This document shows, piece by piece, positions 11,286-25,429 of a DNA stretch of 64,000 nt (positions are counted from its first letter, which is position 1; every line of letters begins with the position of its first letter). Both the position numbers and the translations under genes were made by a program. The stretch spans positions 21,824,001-21,888,000 of the forward strand of contig CM120640.1 in NCBI GenBank assembly GCA_051362555.1, read 5' to 3'. The notes under the pieces were generated by a model. It saw only the letters and a list, made by a program, of their open reading frames with translations. It searched no databases and was not told the DNA's origin. The DNA comes from Lingula anatina (lineage: Eukaryota > Animalia > Brachiopoda).

Positions 11286-13762
11286 GCTCAAAGATTAATA
11301 GCAAAATTGTGTTGTGGCAAGTCATACACAGCACATCATACATATGCAATCAACAGACAGTTGTAGCAGGAGAAAAACATTGGCTCCCGACAGGGAATAC
11401 ACCCTGGTTAAAGCAATCATTTTATTCAAAGTTTGGGTTGGGCATTATGAATACTAATTTCTGAATGGGCCTGTCCAAAAGCATAAGTGGACTGTCTCGT
11501 CGACCACGAGAATCCAAACATTTAGTGCTCATTGCGACTTGAACTTTCCTAATGTATCCATCCTCACTTGGATACACACTGTGCACTCTGGCTAGAGGCC
11601 AAGAGTTTCTAGGCAAATTTTCATCCTTGACTAAAACAATGTCTCCATTTTGCAGATTTTTTCTAAACTTACACCATTTTTGTCTAGACTGCAACTGAGA
11701 TAGATATTCTTTGCTCCATCTCTTCCAAAATTGATCAGCTAAATACTGTACACGTCTCCAGTATTTTCTTAAGTAAAGATCCTCTCTCTGAAATTCACCA
11801 GGTGGGGGGCACACCACACTGGATTTGCCAGTTAAAATGTGATTTGGTGTCAATGGTTCTGGTGACATTGGGTCATTTAAACAATCGACAGTCAAAGGTC
11901 TGCAATTTATAATTGCCATGACCTCAGACATAAAGGTGCGTAAAGCACTATCATTCAACTGGGATGTTGCAGACAATAAAAGAGAGTTCAAGATAGAACG
12001 GGCTGTTCTTATCTGGCGCTCCCAAACTCCCCCCATCTGACTGGCTGTAGGGAATTTCATCTTAAAGGTAATGAAGTCACATTTTTTATGGAAAAGGTAA
12101 TTCTGAATTTTACCTACTTCCATTTCTTTGACACATTTTGACAACTCTGACCGTGCACCAACAAAATTTGAGCCTTGGTCACAACAAATTTGTCTTACAG
12201 GACCTCTCAAAGCTATGAACCTTCTCAAAGCATTGATAAAGTCATCAGTGTTGAGAGAATCACACACTTCTATGTGAACTGCTCTTGAGGCAAGGCAAGT
12301 GAAAAGAGCACCATACCTCTTCAGTTCTTTTCTACCTTCCTTGATCAAAAACGGGCCAAAATAATCGACAGCACAATAGGTAAAAGGAGGAAATGGTTGA
12401 ACACGGTCTGATGGCAGATCTGACATCTTCTGCTCTTGCACAGCTCCACGTGTTCTCCTACAATGGACACATTGATACATCTGCTGGGAAACAGCAGAGC
12501 TACAACCAAGTATCCATAGTCCATGTGATCTAATGGCATTTGTGGTCATTCCACGACCCTGATGTCCAGTCACACTGTGAAAATGTCTCACTATGAGTGA
12601 GGTGATGTGACCTTTTCTAGGAATAATAGCAGGATGGGCTACAATACCCGAGGCAATTGGCATCCTACCACCTACCCTGACTATGCCTGCGTCATCCATA
12701 TATGGATCTAAACGATGTATTATACTTGATCTAGGGAGCTGGTGATTTTACTTCTTGTCTCTAGAAGACCGAGGGGCACATTTCATACGACGTAAAGCTT
12801 CATAATCAAGTCTAAATGAGACTCTTTGGACTAATTTGACAACACAGCTCTCAGCCTCTTGTAAATTGTCAACTGTCAGTGGTCCAGAAATTGATTTGAG
12901 GGTTCTCTTCCTGACTTTAGAGAGCAATATCTCTTTGAACCTCAGACACAAAGCTACTGTCTTGAGAAGTCTATCCCAACTAGACACATGGCTGAACCTA
13001 TTCAAATCAAATTCAGCATGGGCATCATTTGTGTGAGTAGTAGCAAATGCAACATTCTTTGAGCGAACCTCAGGATCATTTTCATCTACAACTTTTGGAC
13101 TGTCAGAATCTTGGTTACACTCAGGGTCTCTAAGAAATGCAGGGCCTGAAAACCACAAGCTGTTTTGAACCAGGTCAGAGGCAAGCAATCCCCTGGATGC
13201 ATGATCTGCAGGGTTGTCTGCCGAGGCAACATATTTCCACTGAGAAATCTCTGACTGATTTTGGATGTATTGGACACGATTTGCAACATAAACCTTAAAT
13301 CTGCGAGCTTCATTGGCTAAGTAGCCCAAGACAACTTTACTATCGGTCCAAAAAAAGTGCTGTATGTCCTGAATGTCTAGTTCCTTTGTCAGAACTGAAC
13401 TCACCTGAACTGACAATGTTGCAGCCAATAATTCCATGCGAGGAATTGACAAAACCTTGAGAGGAGCCACCCCACTTTTCCCACAGACAAGCGTGCAGTG
13501 CACAGAGTCATTTTCATCAATCAATTGGAGATAAGAACATTGCCCATAGGCTTTCTCACTTGCATCAGAAAAATGATGCAGTGCAGCAGATTTTACAAGA
13601 CCAAAGTTGTCAGGTTTAAAACATCTAGCTACACTGAGATCTACTAATAGTGGGAGACTAGCTCTCCATCTTTCCCACATGGGCCTCAGGTGATCTGATA
13701 GGGGTGCGTCCCAATCAGTGTTTTCTTTGCATAATTCCTGTAGGATAAGCTTCCCTACCAGG

Positions 13763-14376
13763 CACCCTGAGCTTCAGAGCTAACTTGACACTAACCTTTT
13801 CACAGTAGCCTATCTCCATCGTGTCAAGTAACCTCTGACCAGATTCGAGTGCCCCCGCTGCCCGCCAATCAAATTTAAAGCCCGCACTCAATGACTCATT
13901 GAACGATCTAGCCAATGAACGCAAACGAGTCAAAACGCGCTTTCTTCAAATCCGGACCAATCAAAGATTAGGCTGAATATCAGGGACTTGCCGTAACCTG
14001 TGGGCAGCACGCAAAATACATCATCCCTCAGTAGATAATGATGCAGGGCATCATACTGCTCTGGTTTCAATTCCGATAAACTCCATGCTTTCTTTGTGTA
14101 CGGTTATGCACTCGGAACCACTCGGAACTACTCGGATGTCTCTGCACTCGACACTAACTATGTTGTTAGTATGGAGCTTGCGGAATCAGCCGAGGATTGC
14201 CGATTGACGATCAACCAATCAGCGTTTTCACCAAACTTTGGTGAAAAATTTTGAAACATGGATTCGATTGGCTTATATAAAATAGGTCAAACTATTTTCG
14301 TCAGAGGTTACTTGACACGATGGAGATCGGCTACAGTGAAAAGGTTAGTGTCAAGTTAGCTCTGAAGCTCAGGGTG
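13763..14376. mobile_element. Non-autonomous Academ(H)-like element with RecQ helicase remnant
   Basis: ~76-bp TIR CACCCTGAGCTTCAGAGCTAACTTGACAC..., 8-bp TSD CTACCAGG; minus-strand 14076-13969 reads SELKPEQYDALHHYLLRDDVFCVLPTGYGKSLIF. Confidence 0.78.
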
Positions 14377-16583
14377 CTACCAGGATGAATGGAGCCAAAA
14401 ATCCCAAGGGGTCAAAAACGGAATTAACCGTGGACAAAATCCCTCTTCTCGTGTAAGGCTTATCAGACACCACTATCCTAAATTTAAACGCGTCTGATAG
14501 AATACACCACTGGACACCTAGAACACGTTCGATAACAGATTTGTCTAGGTTTATATTCTGGACCTCTACTGCCCTATCATCCTTCTCAACAACATCAAGT
14601 ACTTCCTTCCTATTGGAAGTGAACTTGTGAAGGTGCAAACCACTATTTTTGCATGCCTTCATACTACTAACAACTAAGTTCCTGGCTTCATCAACTGAAG
14701 GAAGGGATATCAATCCATCATCAACATAGAAGTTGTGTAGCAAGAAATTGGTAACACCATCTCCAAACTCGGCCTGAGAATCTAACGCCATCTGTCTGAA
14801 GCCATAGGTTGAGCACCCAGGAGAAGAGGTGGCACCAAACAAATGTACCTTCATCCTGTAGTCGACTGGGGCAAGTGAAAAATCGTCTGTTGGCCACCAG
14901 AGAAAATGAAGGAAATCTCTGTGGCTCTCAGACACTTTAAATTGGAAAAACATTTGCTGCACATCACATGTAACAGAAACGTGTTCTTGTCTAAACCTGC
15001 AAAGAACTCCAAACAATGAGTTCATCATGTCCTGGCCGTAAGTAGCTCATCATTTAGACACCTATTTTGATGCCTAGCAGCACAATCAAACACAACCCGT
15101 ATCTTTTTGGGCTTATTTGGTTGATATACCCCATGGTGAGGAATATACCATGACCCCCCTTTGTCTAAGTCCTCTATAGGCACCCTCTCTGCATACTCGT
15201 TAGAGAGAATGTCATTCATGAAAGTGTAATAATCTTTCTTGAAATCAGGGTCACGCACAAATCTTTTCTTCAGAGTCATAAGTCTAGACAATGCCTGATC
15301 CCTATTGCTTGGGAGACGGGGTTTACTATTTCTAAATGGGAGTGGCATCTCATAGTGCACTCCATTGTCACTTTTTTTACATCCCTTTTCCATAATATCT
15401 AGAAATTGACGGTCTAAACGAGATGGGGCAATGGCTTCCAAATCCCCTGCAGTGTCAGTCACTACTTCTTTGACACTGTTGCGTACAGCAAATGAGACCT
15501 TATCTACAGACGACCTATAGGTTAACACCCTATGGCTAACTCCTATGGGGTCTAAGGACTCTTCAACAAGGGGTTCAACTACATGTATGCCTACTATTCC
15601 CCAACCCAACACCGTTTTCTGTGCAAATGGGCCATTGCCTTGAGGTGCTATCACCTCAGTGGGCAACAGAGCTTTAGGACAATTATATCCTACTAAAAGT
15701 CCTATATCTACATCTAATAGTGGTGGCAAACTATCTGCCATGCCACTCAAGTACAGCCACTTTCTAGCTGTGTCGTATGTAGGGATGTGATCTCTATTTG
15801 CCGGAATCGACTTCCTTGTATATGTAACAGGCAACATAATTTTTTCATCATTTCTATAACCTCTAATCTGTAAACCAGTCATTCTATTTGTCTCAATTGT
15901 CGCGCTGGTAGTCATGGTCGACAGATTTGTAGGAGTCCCTGTCATATCTAAGTCCTTAACCACACTGTCAGAGACAAAGGTAGTGTCTGATTGGGTATCA
16001 AGAAGAGCATATACCAAGCATTCCTTCTCAGGTTCACTGGTATGAGATAACCACACTGGTACAATCATGGAAGTCTTGTCTCGGTCTACGGTCTCACTCA
16101 TGAAAGACAGAGAACTTGTATGAGGGCCTGTACTACTTGTCTGACGTGGGGTCTTATGGAGGCTAGTAGGGTGTAATTTGTTACAGGTTTGACAAGCCTT
16201 TATGGCTAAGCAATCCTTGGATTGATGCCCTGGTGAGAGACATTTAAAACATAGAAATTGCTCTCTTACATACCTTTCACGTTCTGGCAAAGGTTTGGCC
16301 TTAAACTGGCTACAGTTATCCAGATCATGGGGCCCTTTACACAAATGACATTTTGCGATGTTTGTTCGTCTGTTTGAACTCTGTCTATAATTGACTGTAT
16401 CTACATGAGTCTGACTTCTACTTTGAGTACGTCTACTAGTACTCACAGCAGGTCTTACATTTTGTGCCTGCTCCCTTTGCCTTGACTCACTTTCATTATC
16501 ATTAAGGAAGAATGAGCTCAACCTTTTATCACCCTTGGGTCCTTCTTTACCCCTTTGTTTTAAAGACTGAACAGACACAACAG

Positions 16584-18204
16584 CAGGGGTCGAAATGTTG
16601 CTTTCCCGCTTTCCCGAGGGATAGCTATTGCGAGCTCGGGAAAGCTATGTCAAGTCTTACTTTCCCGTCCGGTAAATCATTGAAAAGGTCCGGGAAATGC
16701 AAAAACCTCTCGGGAAATCGCTATTAAAGGTCGCTTTCCCGACCTATAATAAAACTCATTTCCTGGCACTAAGTTGTACTAATACATTTATTTAACCATT
16801 TTCTACAACGCAAAAAAGCTATACGGTAGTACTGCACATACTCTGAAACTAAGGACACACTCACGTGACTAGCTAAAATTTGTAACGGGGCCTCCTTTTG
16901 AATTTCATGAGAGTTGTCAATCAAAATCGTTCACTCACAGTAGTATCCCACAATGCCCCTTTGTGGATGTCTGCTAAAATATCTGACTCGTTCCCTTTCC
17001 AATTTACACAATGTTTGACATAGAAAGAAACAAGCCTGCGCAGCTAGCGGGTATAACATAGACAGGTACAAACATACGAAGCTTGTGAGAACAAAATAAT
17101 GTGCGGGAACAATGCTAGACGCAGCGCCCAATCATACACAACGGCACGCACCATGCAGCGTAATACGGGGAACTAGTATCATTCATCCCTCCATGCACGA
17201 TCGGCTGAAGCAAGGTTGCGCGCTAAAGACGGGCTCACGTTTGGTGTCCTGAAAATGTCTCTCTTTAAGTTTGGTTTCTCCAAGCGAAAAGGCAAAGATG
17301 AAAGCATGGAAAAAACGAGCAAACTCGCTAAACAAGAACTTGAGGACACAATAACTGAGGGTGAAGCGGGCGCACATGGCCACGATGCAGGTACGTCGTA
17401 AACAATGCCTAACAAGTTTCGTATCTAATGAACTATACATGACGTTATTACTTTCCTGTTACGTGGTAAACATAAAAACTGCCCTACCTTATTCTCTTTG
17501 TTGGTGACATGATGTATTGAAAAACAAATCGGCCATTTCACAGACTGATTTTTTTCCTTATCCTCCAATTTTCGGTTTTTCTTAAGAGCCTCTATTTAGA
17601 CTAAATTAGTCTGTTTGTGAAGTGATTGGTTTGTTTTTCAATGAACTCCTATCGACCAACGAACATTTTATAGATGTCATGCGTTATTCTAGCCTTAAAA
17701 TTAAGGACCTGAGATCTTTATTCCCTTTACATCTGACAAAGGGGTGTTTTTAATATGGAAATTCCACTGCACTTCTTCAACTTCTCCTTTTCTAATTTGT
17801 ATAAAATTGCCCAACTAGTAAGTAATGACACAAGTTTTGAATGAAATTAATCACTGTGCACACTTAAAATAGGTCCAATTGTTTTATTGGCTTGACCATG
17901 GTTTCATGATAATTGATATGTCCAGAGTCTCCCTTATTTTCATTGTTTTATGATTAAATATTCACATTACTGTTCTCGTCAACACTTTCCAGTAATTTTT
18001 CTGTATTTGTATATAATTAAAGTAAAATCACAATCAACCACTAATACTTTTTAGCTGCCAAAGAAGATGAACCAATGGAAAATTTCGACAGTGACAGTTT
18101 TACTGAATCTGATGAAGTTCAGGAGCAAAATGGTAAAAAAATTTAATTTCTTTTTAAAGCTTAAAAAAAAACGAATTTGAAACAGACAACTTGTATTGAG
18201 AGAG

Positions 18205-18267
<63 letters not shown>

Positions 18268-18621
18268 CAAAGGCCCAGACCAAATCTAGTCCCATGCATA
18301 AAAAGCCCAGACCCCAAGTTTATTAAGGCCTGGCTGGGCCCATTCTTTGTTGTTTTTTGCATTGTTAACAGCATAAGGGGCAAGTTAATTGACCAAGTTA
18401 ATTGGCCAAGCTGCCAGTTTGTTTGTATGGCATGTGCAGGAGATGTCTTAGACCAAGGCACATATTATGATACTTACAGGTGTGGCAAATGAGAAATACT
18501 TGTATTTCATTACCTGTGATTTGTAAAATACATCTGGGCTTTTTATGCATAGGAATAGATTTGATCAGGGCCTTTAACATATACACACACATGCACACAA
18601 ACAACTATTTAAAGACAAAAA

Positions 18622-18658
<37 letters not shown>

Positions 18659-21328
18659 CCTGATAAATGCAGTAATTTAGGTGTTTTGTTCTCCATTTAA
18701 AAGAATACATTATTCAATTTTTGTTCTTGCAGTACAACCTTCGTCATCATTCAGCAATCAACAAAGGCGAGGAAGGCCAAGTAAAGGTAAACTTTCTGTA
18801 AAGGAAGTTAGGTACGAGAAAGAAAAACGCTCCAGAACATTTCAAGAATCTTGGAAAATCGGCAGACCCTGGCTTATGAATGATGATGACAAAATATGGT
18901 GCTCGTACTGTGTTTCAAACCACAAGAAGATAGGTAAATTGGGTCCACACAGCATAGCATTTATTGAGGGGTGCAGGACTTTCAAACTGCCAGTCATCTT
19001 GGGTCATCAGGAAAGTGATCTCCATAAACGTTGTACAGCAGCAGCTTTGTCTCAAATGACTCCACCAGAAAGAAAACCTTTACAAAAAAGTTTCATGAAG
19101 ATAGAAGAATCTGAAACACAGTTGAAGCATGCAAAATTTATTACTGCATTCAAAGTAGCTATTTGTAACCAACCTTACACCTCCTTCTCTGGGGAATTAG
19201 AACTTTTGGAGAGAGTTGGTGCATCAAAAAATCTGACCACACGTTTCTCATCAGATAAATCATGTGCTGAGTTTATCAAGTATATTGCAAAGGATTTAAG
19301 AGACAATCTTGCCACAAATATTAGAAAAGGTTTTTTTTTCCAATACTGTGTGATGGGTGTACTGACAGTGCTTCCCTAGAGGAAGAAATTGTCTATGTTC
19401 GATATCTTACTGATGAAAACCAACCAAGAACTGTGTTTCTTTGTATCTCCAGTGTAGAGAAACCAGATGCTGAACATATTTTTGACCATTTGTGTGACAG
19501 TATCAAGAACTATGTAGGTGTAGATGATTTGAAAGGCCTTATAGCATTTGTGGCTGATGGCGCAAGTGTAAATTTTGGAGTTAGAAATGGTGTGTACCGC
19601 AGATTTTGTGAATTGATGCCCAAGACAGTTGGCATACACTGCTTGGCCCATAGGTTTGAGTTGGCTATCAGAGATGGCGGGAAAAAAAGTTCTGTTGTGC
19701 AAGAGTTTTCCGACTTGTGTCAGCTTATCTACAAGCTCTACAAATCATCATCTGTGCAGAAGGAAGCTCTGAAAACTACCTGCAGCACACATAACATTGC
19801 TTTCAACAGCCCAGAGAATGTAATGGGAACAAGGTGGATATCCCACAGATCAAGAGCTGTAACTGTCTTGAAAAAGTTATGGAAGCCACTGGTTGTGCAC
19901 ACTACCCAGATAGTGGAAGGTATTGGAAGTAAAAGAGCTGAGATATTGGGAAAAGCCAAAAAGATAAACAATACCTTGACAAATTTAAAGATTGTGATTG
20001 CCCTTCCTGTTGTGCAGGAGATACTTGAAATCCTTCAGTCAATCAGCTTGGCCTTGCAGGAATCCTCATACATAATGTCCTGTGCTCAAAGCAGAATTAA
20101 GGCAACACTCAGATTGCTGAAAAGGTTCAACGTAGAGGAAAAGGTTGAGGAATCAGCCAAAACTGTAGACCTTGAAGAATTTGAATTCAAAGGTGAAACT
20201 GTACGACTTGGTAGAGGAGAAAATATTGAGAAATGTAAGGGTGCCATTGTGAATGATTTAACCCAGTTTTTGAAGGACAGCATAAGTACAATTGAAGAGC
20301 GGTTTGGAGATGTATTGAGGGACCAGGATTCTGTGTGTGAGAATGTACAAGTGTTTAATGTTAGTAAATGGCCATCCAAAAATAGTGTCAAATTTGAGGA
20401 GTATGGAGATGAGATAATTGAAAAGCTTTCGGAACATTTTAGGAGGACACTAGACAATGCTGGCTTTAAAACAAGCATGTGCCAGGTTGAATGGCCGCAG
20501 TTCAAAAAATCTGTGCTAGAGCTTCACGAAAAGGGCCAGGATATAGTTTCTTTTCTTAGTAGAATGTTGACTGTGCATAAAGACATATACCCCAACATTT
20601 GTGCCCTCTTGGCCATTGTAATGGTGTTGCCAGTCAGCACTGCAGATGCAGAAAGGGGCTTTTCTCTAATGAAACGGATAAAAACTGATTGGAGAGCTTC
20701 ACTTACACCATCTTCTTTGTCAAATCTCATGACAGTTAAGTAAAATTGGACAAGTTTGTACCAGATTCTGCCTATGGAAAGTGGTTAGCAGATGGCAGGA
20801 GAGTCCTGGACCCAAAGAAATATGCCAGAAAGACTGTTCAAGTACCACAGAAAGCTCTGATAAGTTCAGAATTAGTGACAGTGAGACTGACCATGATACC
20901 GAGTCTGATGGTGATGATGATGATTAGGTACAGTAGACCCTTCATTAAGCATGTTACATTTTTTCAAGACGCGTGGAGTAGTAGACAAGTTCTTGATCTG
21001 TCACAGGTTTTTTTTTTCGTAAGTATGTGTATTTGGTAGATTTTATTCACATTATTATTAATGTTGATAAATAAACCCAGTTATTGCCACAAACACTGTA
21101 TATATATGGATGTCATGTTAGTTTATTTTATAACAATAAACATACATTTCTCTAAAATATGTTCTTTCCTTGATACATCATCATATTAAAAATTATGTAA
21201 TTAAATATCAGGGAAATTGGTTTTCATGATTTGGTAATCAGGGAAAGCTACTTTCTTGCAGGGAAAGTAATGTACAAAGTCACTTTCCTGGCAGGGAAAG
21301 TATGATTTTCTAAACATTTTGACCCCTG
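16584..21328 (+). mobile_element. hAT DNA transposon with 5-bp TSD inserted in BEL gag
   Basis: TIR CAGGGGTCGAAATGTT / AACATTTTGACCCCTG, TSD AACAG, subterminal TTTCCC/GGGAAA repeats; removing it rejoins gag KIASDP|VVSVQSL. Confidence 0.92.
17255..20743 (+). pseudogene. ZNF862-like hAT transposase, spliced (17255-17390, 18055-18132, 18733-), one frameshift at T-run ~19331-19339
   Basis: Phase-compatible GT-AG exons; TTF-type zinc finger (W..WCSYC..H...H), ILCDG, VADGA, HCLAH, GTRW, dimerisation motif LPVSTADAERGFSLMKRIKTDWRASL. Confidence 0.85.
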
Positions 21329-23307
21329 AACAGGGTCACTAGCAATCTTTGCTTCCTTGCTCAAGAATTCTGCAAATTCATTAAAGGTTGGGAAAGAACC
21401 CTTTGCTTTCCGTTCAACGACCATTCTACCCCACCTAGCTATAAGCCAGTCAGGTAACTTATGTAGAATGTTTTGGTTTTCTCTTTCATCATTAAGGATA
21501 TTCAGCCCAGGATAACAAGACATGGCTGCTTTTATTTGATTAAGGAAATCAGACAATTTCAAAAGTCCAGTACCATCTGACCCAGATACCTTTGGCCACT
21601 TACTAACTTTATCTCTGAAGGCTGAGACAATGGCAAATGGACTGCCAAACCTTTCTTCCAAGATGGACATGGCCTCGTCAAATGAATTTTCTGTGCTGAT
21701 AAGAAAACAACCCTCTATGCACTCTTTTGCCACTCCTCTGACATACTTCTTTAAGTAGTACAACCTTTCTATGTTGGGTATTTTGTGGTGAGAGATAAGA
21801 GCTGTGAATGCTGCTTTCCAGCTTGGATACTGCAATGAGCTACCATCAAAAATTGCAGGTTCTGGAATTGGAAGTCTGCTTATTAGCAGATTTTGAACAA
21901 GGGATTCATAAGTGTCACAGCTGAGGAGAGCCTTGGGACGGACTGCATGGTCATTACGAGATTCAGACTTCATAGGCATTTGATCCTTATCAACATATGC
22001 AACATCATCTAATAACTCTGCTTGGACTATTTCTAGCTCTTTATTCAACTGTAAGCGTTTCAATTCTGATTGGATTTTCAGAAGCTCATGTCTTTTCTGT
22101 TCTTCCAACTCAGAATGTTTAATCTGAGCCTGGAGAGTTTCAATTCTTGACCTGTGCGATCTTTCGCTGGCTACTTCAGATTTAGAAAAGGACCTACGAC
22201 AAGATTGTCTAGAAATATGCGAACCTTGATCATCCAACTCAAGCAACCTAATACGATTACCTGTCCTTCTGAGAAGGTGCAAATGTTCTTCCTCTATGGT
22301 CTCTACCTTTACCCTAAAATCTTCATCTAAACCACCACATGTTTCAACATCATGAAAGGATTTCTGTACACAATCTAAAGCTGTACAGATTTCATTCCGT
22401 GTAGTCCTTAGAAGGCCTACATCACTACAGTCATCAGCTATTATTTCAAGCTTGGCCGCTTGCTTGCGCCAACTAGATATTGCATTTCGCAAATGCTGTC
22501 TATTTCTATCCATCTGCCACTGTATACCCTTTTCAGTCAATGGCCGTATACGTTTCTTGAGTTCTGCCCTTTCATTTACTAGAGAGGGGACACTCACAGA
22601 ACGTCTGATTTCCTTCAAAGTAACATCACACGCTGGTAGATTGACTAAAGACATACCTTCTTATTTAAACAAAGATTCAAGACTATAGAACCAAGCAGGC
22701 TAGACAATGGAATGAATCACGGTGTGAACAGACAAATGTCATAAGGAACGCTATATATGCCCCCTTTCCAGGGTGGGCATAAAACAATTAAAAATTCCCA
22801 TGCTTTCTACCTGCCGTTACCATGTATGTGCTGTGCCTGACAAGCCACCACTGCTCAATGTAGATAACTGATAGATAATTTCAGGTAAGTGGCATGGTGC
22901 TAGAACAAAGGCCTGGCCTCTAGTCATCTTTGATTAACTGTGGTCAGTAATTATCTTACTGCTCATCTCCCAGGTATATACAACTTGTATATGACAGGTA
23001 AGTGATCAAAAGCACATTTCATCTTCAAATTGCAATCAAAGTAACTGAAAATATCCAGGAGAAGCCATGATCATAAGTGATCCTTAAGGTGCAATTTAAA
23101 TGCCACTAATTGACAAGTGAGACAGACGTTGACAAGTCTTGCCAGGTAAGAAAAAGCACTTTTTGACTTTAAATCCTGCATTTTTGAATAATCTTTTTTT
23201 TTTAAATAAATCTTTATAAGGGAAACAGTTCTTCTTTAGTTTTGAAATTCATAAATCAATTACTTGAGTATGCCACATGAAACCACTCAGTAGAAATGTA
23301 ATAGCCA

Positions 23308-23865
23308 GGTAGCTATGCCTTTCCGTCCGTAATGCTAATTTTCCGTCCGTAATGATTTTTTATTATGAAATTAATTTGTCTTCAAATATGTTTAAAAAAA
23401 ATTTTGGGGATATTTGGTAAACATAGGACTAGTATGAGGAGAATATGAAAGGAATTTTTTTTCTGCCAAGTAGTCTTTAAAAAAACTTAAAAAATAGAGC
23501 CCAAATCATTACGGACGGAAAAAATGACTTTGGATTAATGATTAATTAACTATTTTTTTAAGATTTCACTTGATTTTTTATGTGTTTACCCCAAAGACTT
23601 GCTGTAATTTATGTCTCAATTGAAAAATATTGATTAAAATTTATTTTGAGTGTTATATGCAAAAAATAAAAAATTCCGTCCGTAATGCTAATTTTCACAT
23701 TTTTCAAGTTTAATGCGCTATAAAATCATGAATTCAAAAAATACAGATAAATCTTGTACAAATTATTATCCCCTGAAGTCTCTTCTTTCAGAAAATGCAA
23801 CTTTTGATTGATTTTTGTACATTTGAAAATTTTATGCCCAGGACACAAATACCACGGAATGACCC
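23308..23865. mobile_element. Unclassified putative non-autonomous insertion in the BEL leader
   Basis: TTCCGTCCGTAATG three times direct and once inverted; ends CCACGGAATGACCC; no convincing TIR pair or TSD. Confidence 0.35.
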
Positions 23866-24594
23866 ATCTGCTCTATGTAAATCTGGTGCTGTAAAAATGA
23901 ATACACAAATTAAAGATAGCTAAACAGTAAAAACAACAACGTAAACTTGACCAAATTAATGCAAGATATTCAAAGCAATCAGCTGTGTATGCTGTGGTGT
24001 GCTAGCATAGTGTTCCTGGATTGTCCTCTGCCGTACTCAATTAAACATTCAGGCAAAAAACATTCAACTGACACTGTGTTACTGTTTTCAATTGTTCAAA
24101 AGTACTTTAAAATGTCTACTAGTTTGTTAACATAAACAAATGAATTGACGCTATCACTTTATCTAAATAATAAATTGTCCAATTATATATTTGTTTCAGT
24201 GTTCAAGTCATAAATTGATACATTGTATTACGCGAGTCCATAAATGTAGTAAAGTGATACAAATTTACGTAGGCAGAACTGTCACTGGATCAGAGGCGGG
24301 AAACTTGTCACTACCAAAGGCGGGAACATAGCGCCATCAAAGGGCGGGAAATCTCGCATCTTCCAAGGCGGGAATCAACAAAAGTTTCTCATATCAGTCG
24401 TCCACATCAAGCTTGGAAATGTTTCAAAATATACAAGGTCGATGATTCACAAATTAAATGTCATTTTGTCCAATATTATATTAACCAAATCTCTCCTACA
24501 ATTCCAGTTCTCTCTAAATTTCCCGCACCACCCACATCGTCTGCAATAATCTCTGTATCGATCTCCATGCTACGAGTTCCACTACGTGTTCCAC

Positions 24595-25018
24595 TGTAGC
24601 AGCACGCGTCTTTAAATAAATAAATAATAAAAACTGCATCAAGTTGGTGGTAAAATCTTTATTCCCATTCGGTTCCGACGAAATATTATTCCTGTGGAAC
24701 TAAAATAAACATAAAACATACATGTAGTCCTACGAACACATACGCTGACATGGAAACTTCTTAAACTAACAATAATTCTGAAATTGAGTGATAAACAACT
24801 TGTAAATCGAGACGATAACTTCAAAGTTTTGATTTCTAATAAAAATAATAATATAATGAAAGATTAAATCTTGATTTACCTCGTTTGGGGCCTAAACCTT
24901 CTAAGAGCGTCGGACGCGTGCCACCGAGTGCCGCAGTCAAGTAAAAGCTAAGTGACACTACGTGGCAGCACTATCGGATCCAATATACAAGAGAAGCGCA
25001 TGCGTAGTTACTGTTACA
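24595..25018 (-). repeat. BEL 5' LTR
   Basis: Matches 10521-10958 apart from a few substitutions and small indels. Confidence 0.93.
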
Positions 25019-25350
25019 CAATCTTCAGTGGCAACAGTTATTCATGCTACGATCACCTCTTGTTCTGACTACTGCAACTCTTTACTCTATGGCTGTACTG
25101 ATGAACGAATAAAAAAACAAGCAAATTCAGAATATTTCAGCATGTCTTTTAACCCGCACAGCCAGGGAGGAACATATCACACCCATTTTAAAGCAGTTAC
25201 ACTGGCTCCCAGTCAGAGCACACATTTTATTCAAAATTTTAACTTTTATGCATGCAATTTTTTACCAATCAGCACCCCGTTACAAAAACTAGTTCAAACA
25301 CTATGTTCCAAAATGTGCTTTAAGATCATTCGACCAGCTTTTATTCACGT
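25019..25350 (+). pseudogene. Old L2/CR1-like LINE fragment, right part
   Basis: VIHATITSCSDYCNSLLYG followed by HITPILKQLHWLPV in a shifted frame. Confidence 0.75.
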
Positions 25351-25429
25351 CTTGTAATTACAGATTAAGAGCATACAGTGAAGTTGCTCTTCAGGTCTAT
25401 GAACCAATTGGGTGGAGCATTATTTGTTA

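Larger units (their letters stand above)
11422..22654 (-). pseudogene. BEL gag-pol polyprotein, broken by insertions, frameshifts and stops
   Basis: Gag PEPAIFDGSSLQYPSW, triple Cys-His knuckles, protease LLDTQSD, RT FYVDD, RNase H/A17 FSDAS..FWTDS, integrase VDYFGP..CDQGSNF..GGVWER, DUF5641 tail. Confidence 0.93.
10521..25018 (-). mobile_element. BEL/Pao LTR retrotransposon, full length with nested insertions
   Basis: Two LTRs TG..CA, 5-bp TSD CAATC, purine tract GAGGAGCCA before 3' LTR, gag-PR-RT-RH-IN order. Confidence 0.95.

Noticed and set aside
22880-23315. Cluster of CAGGTA motifs antisense to BEL
   Set aside because: No exon-like ORFs; the motif is short and common throughout the window
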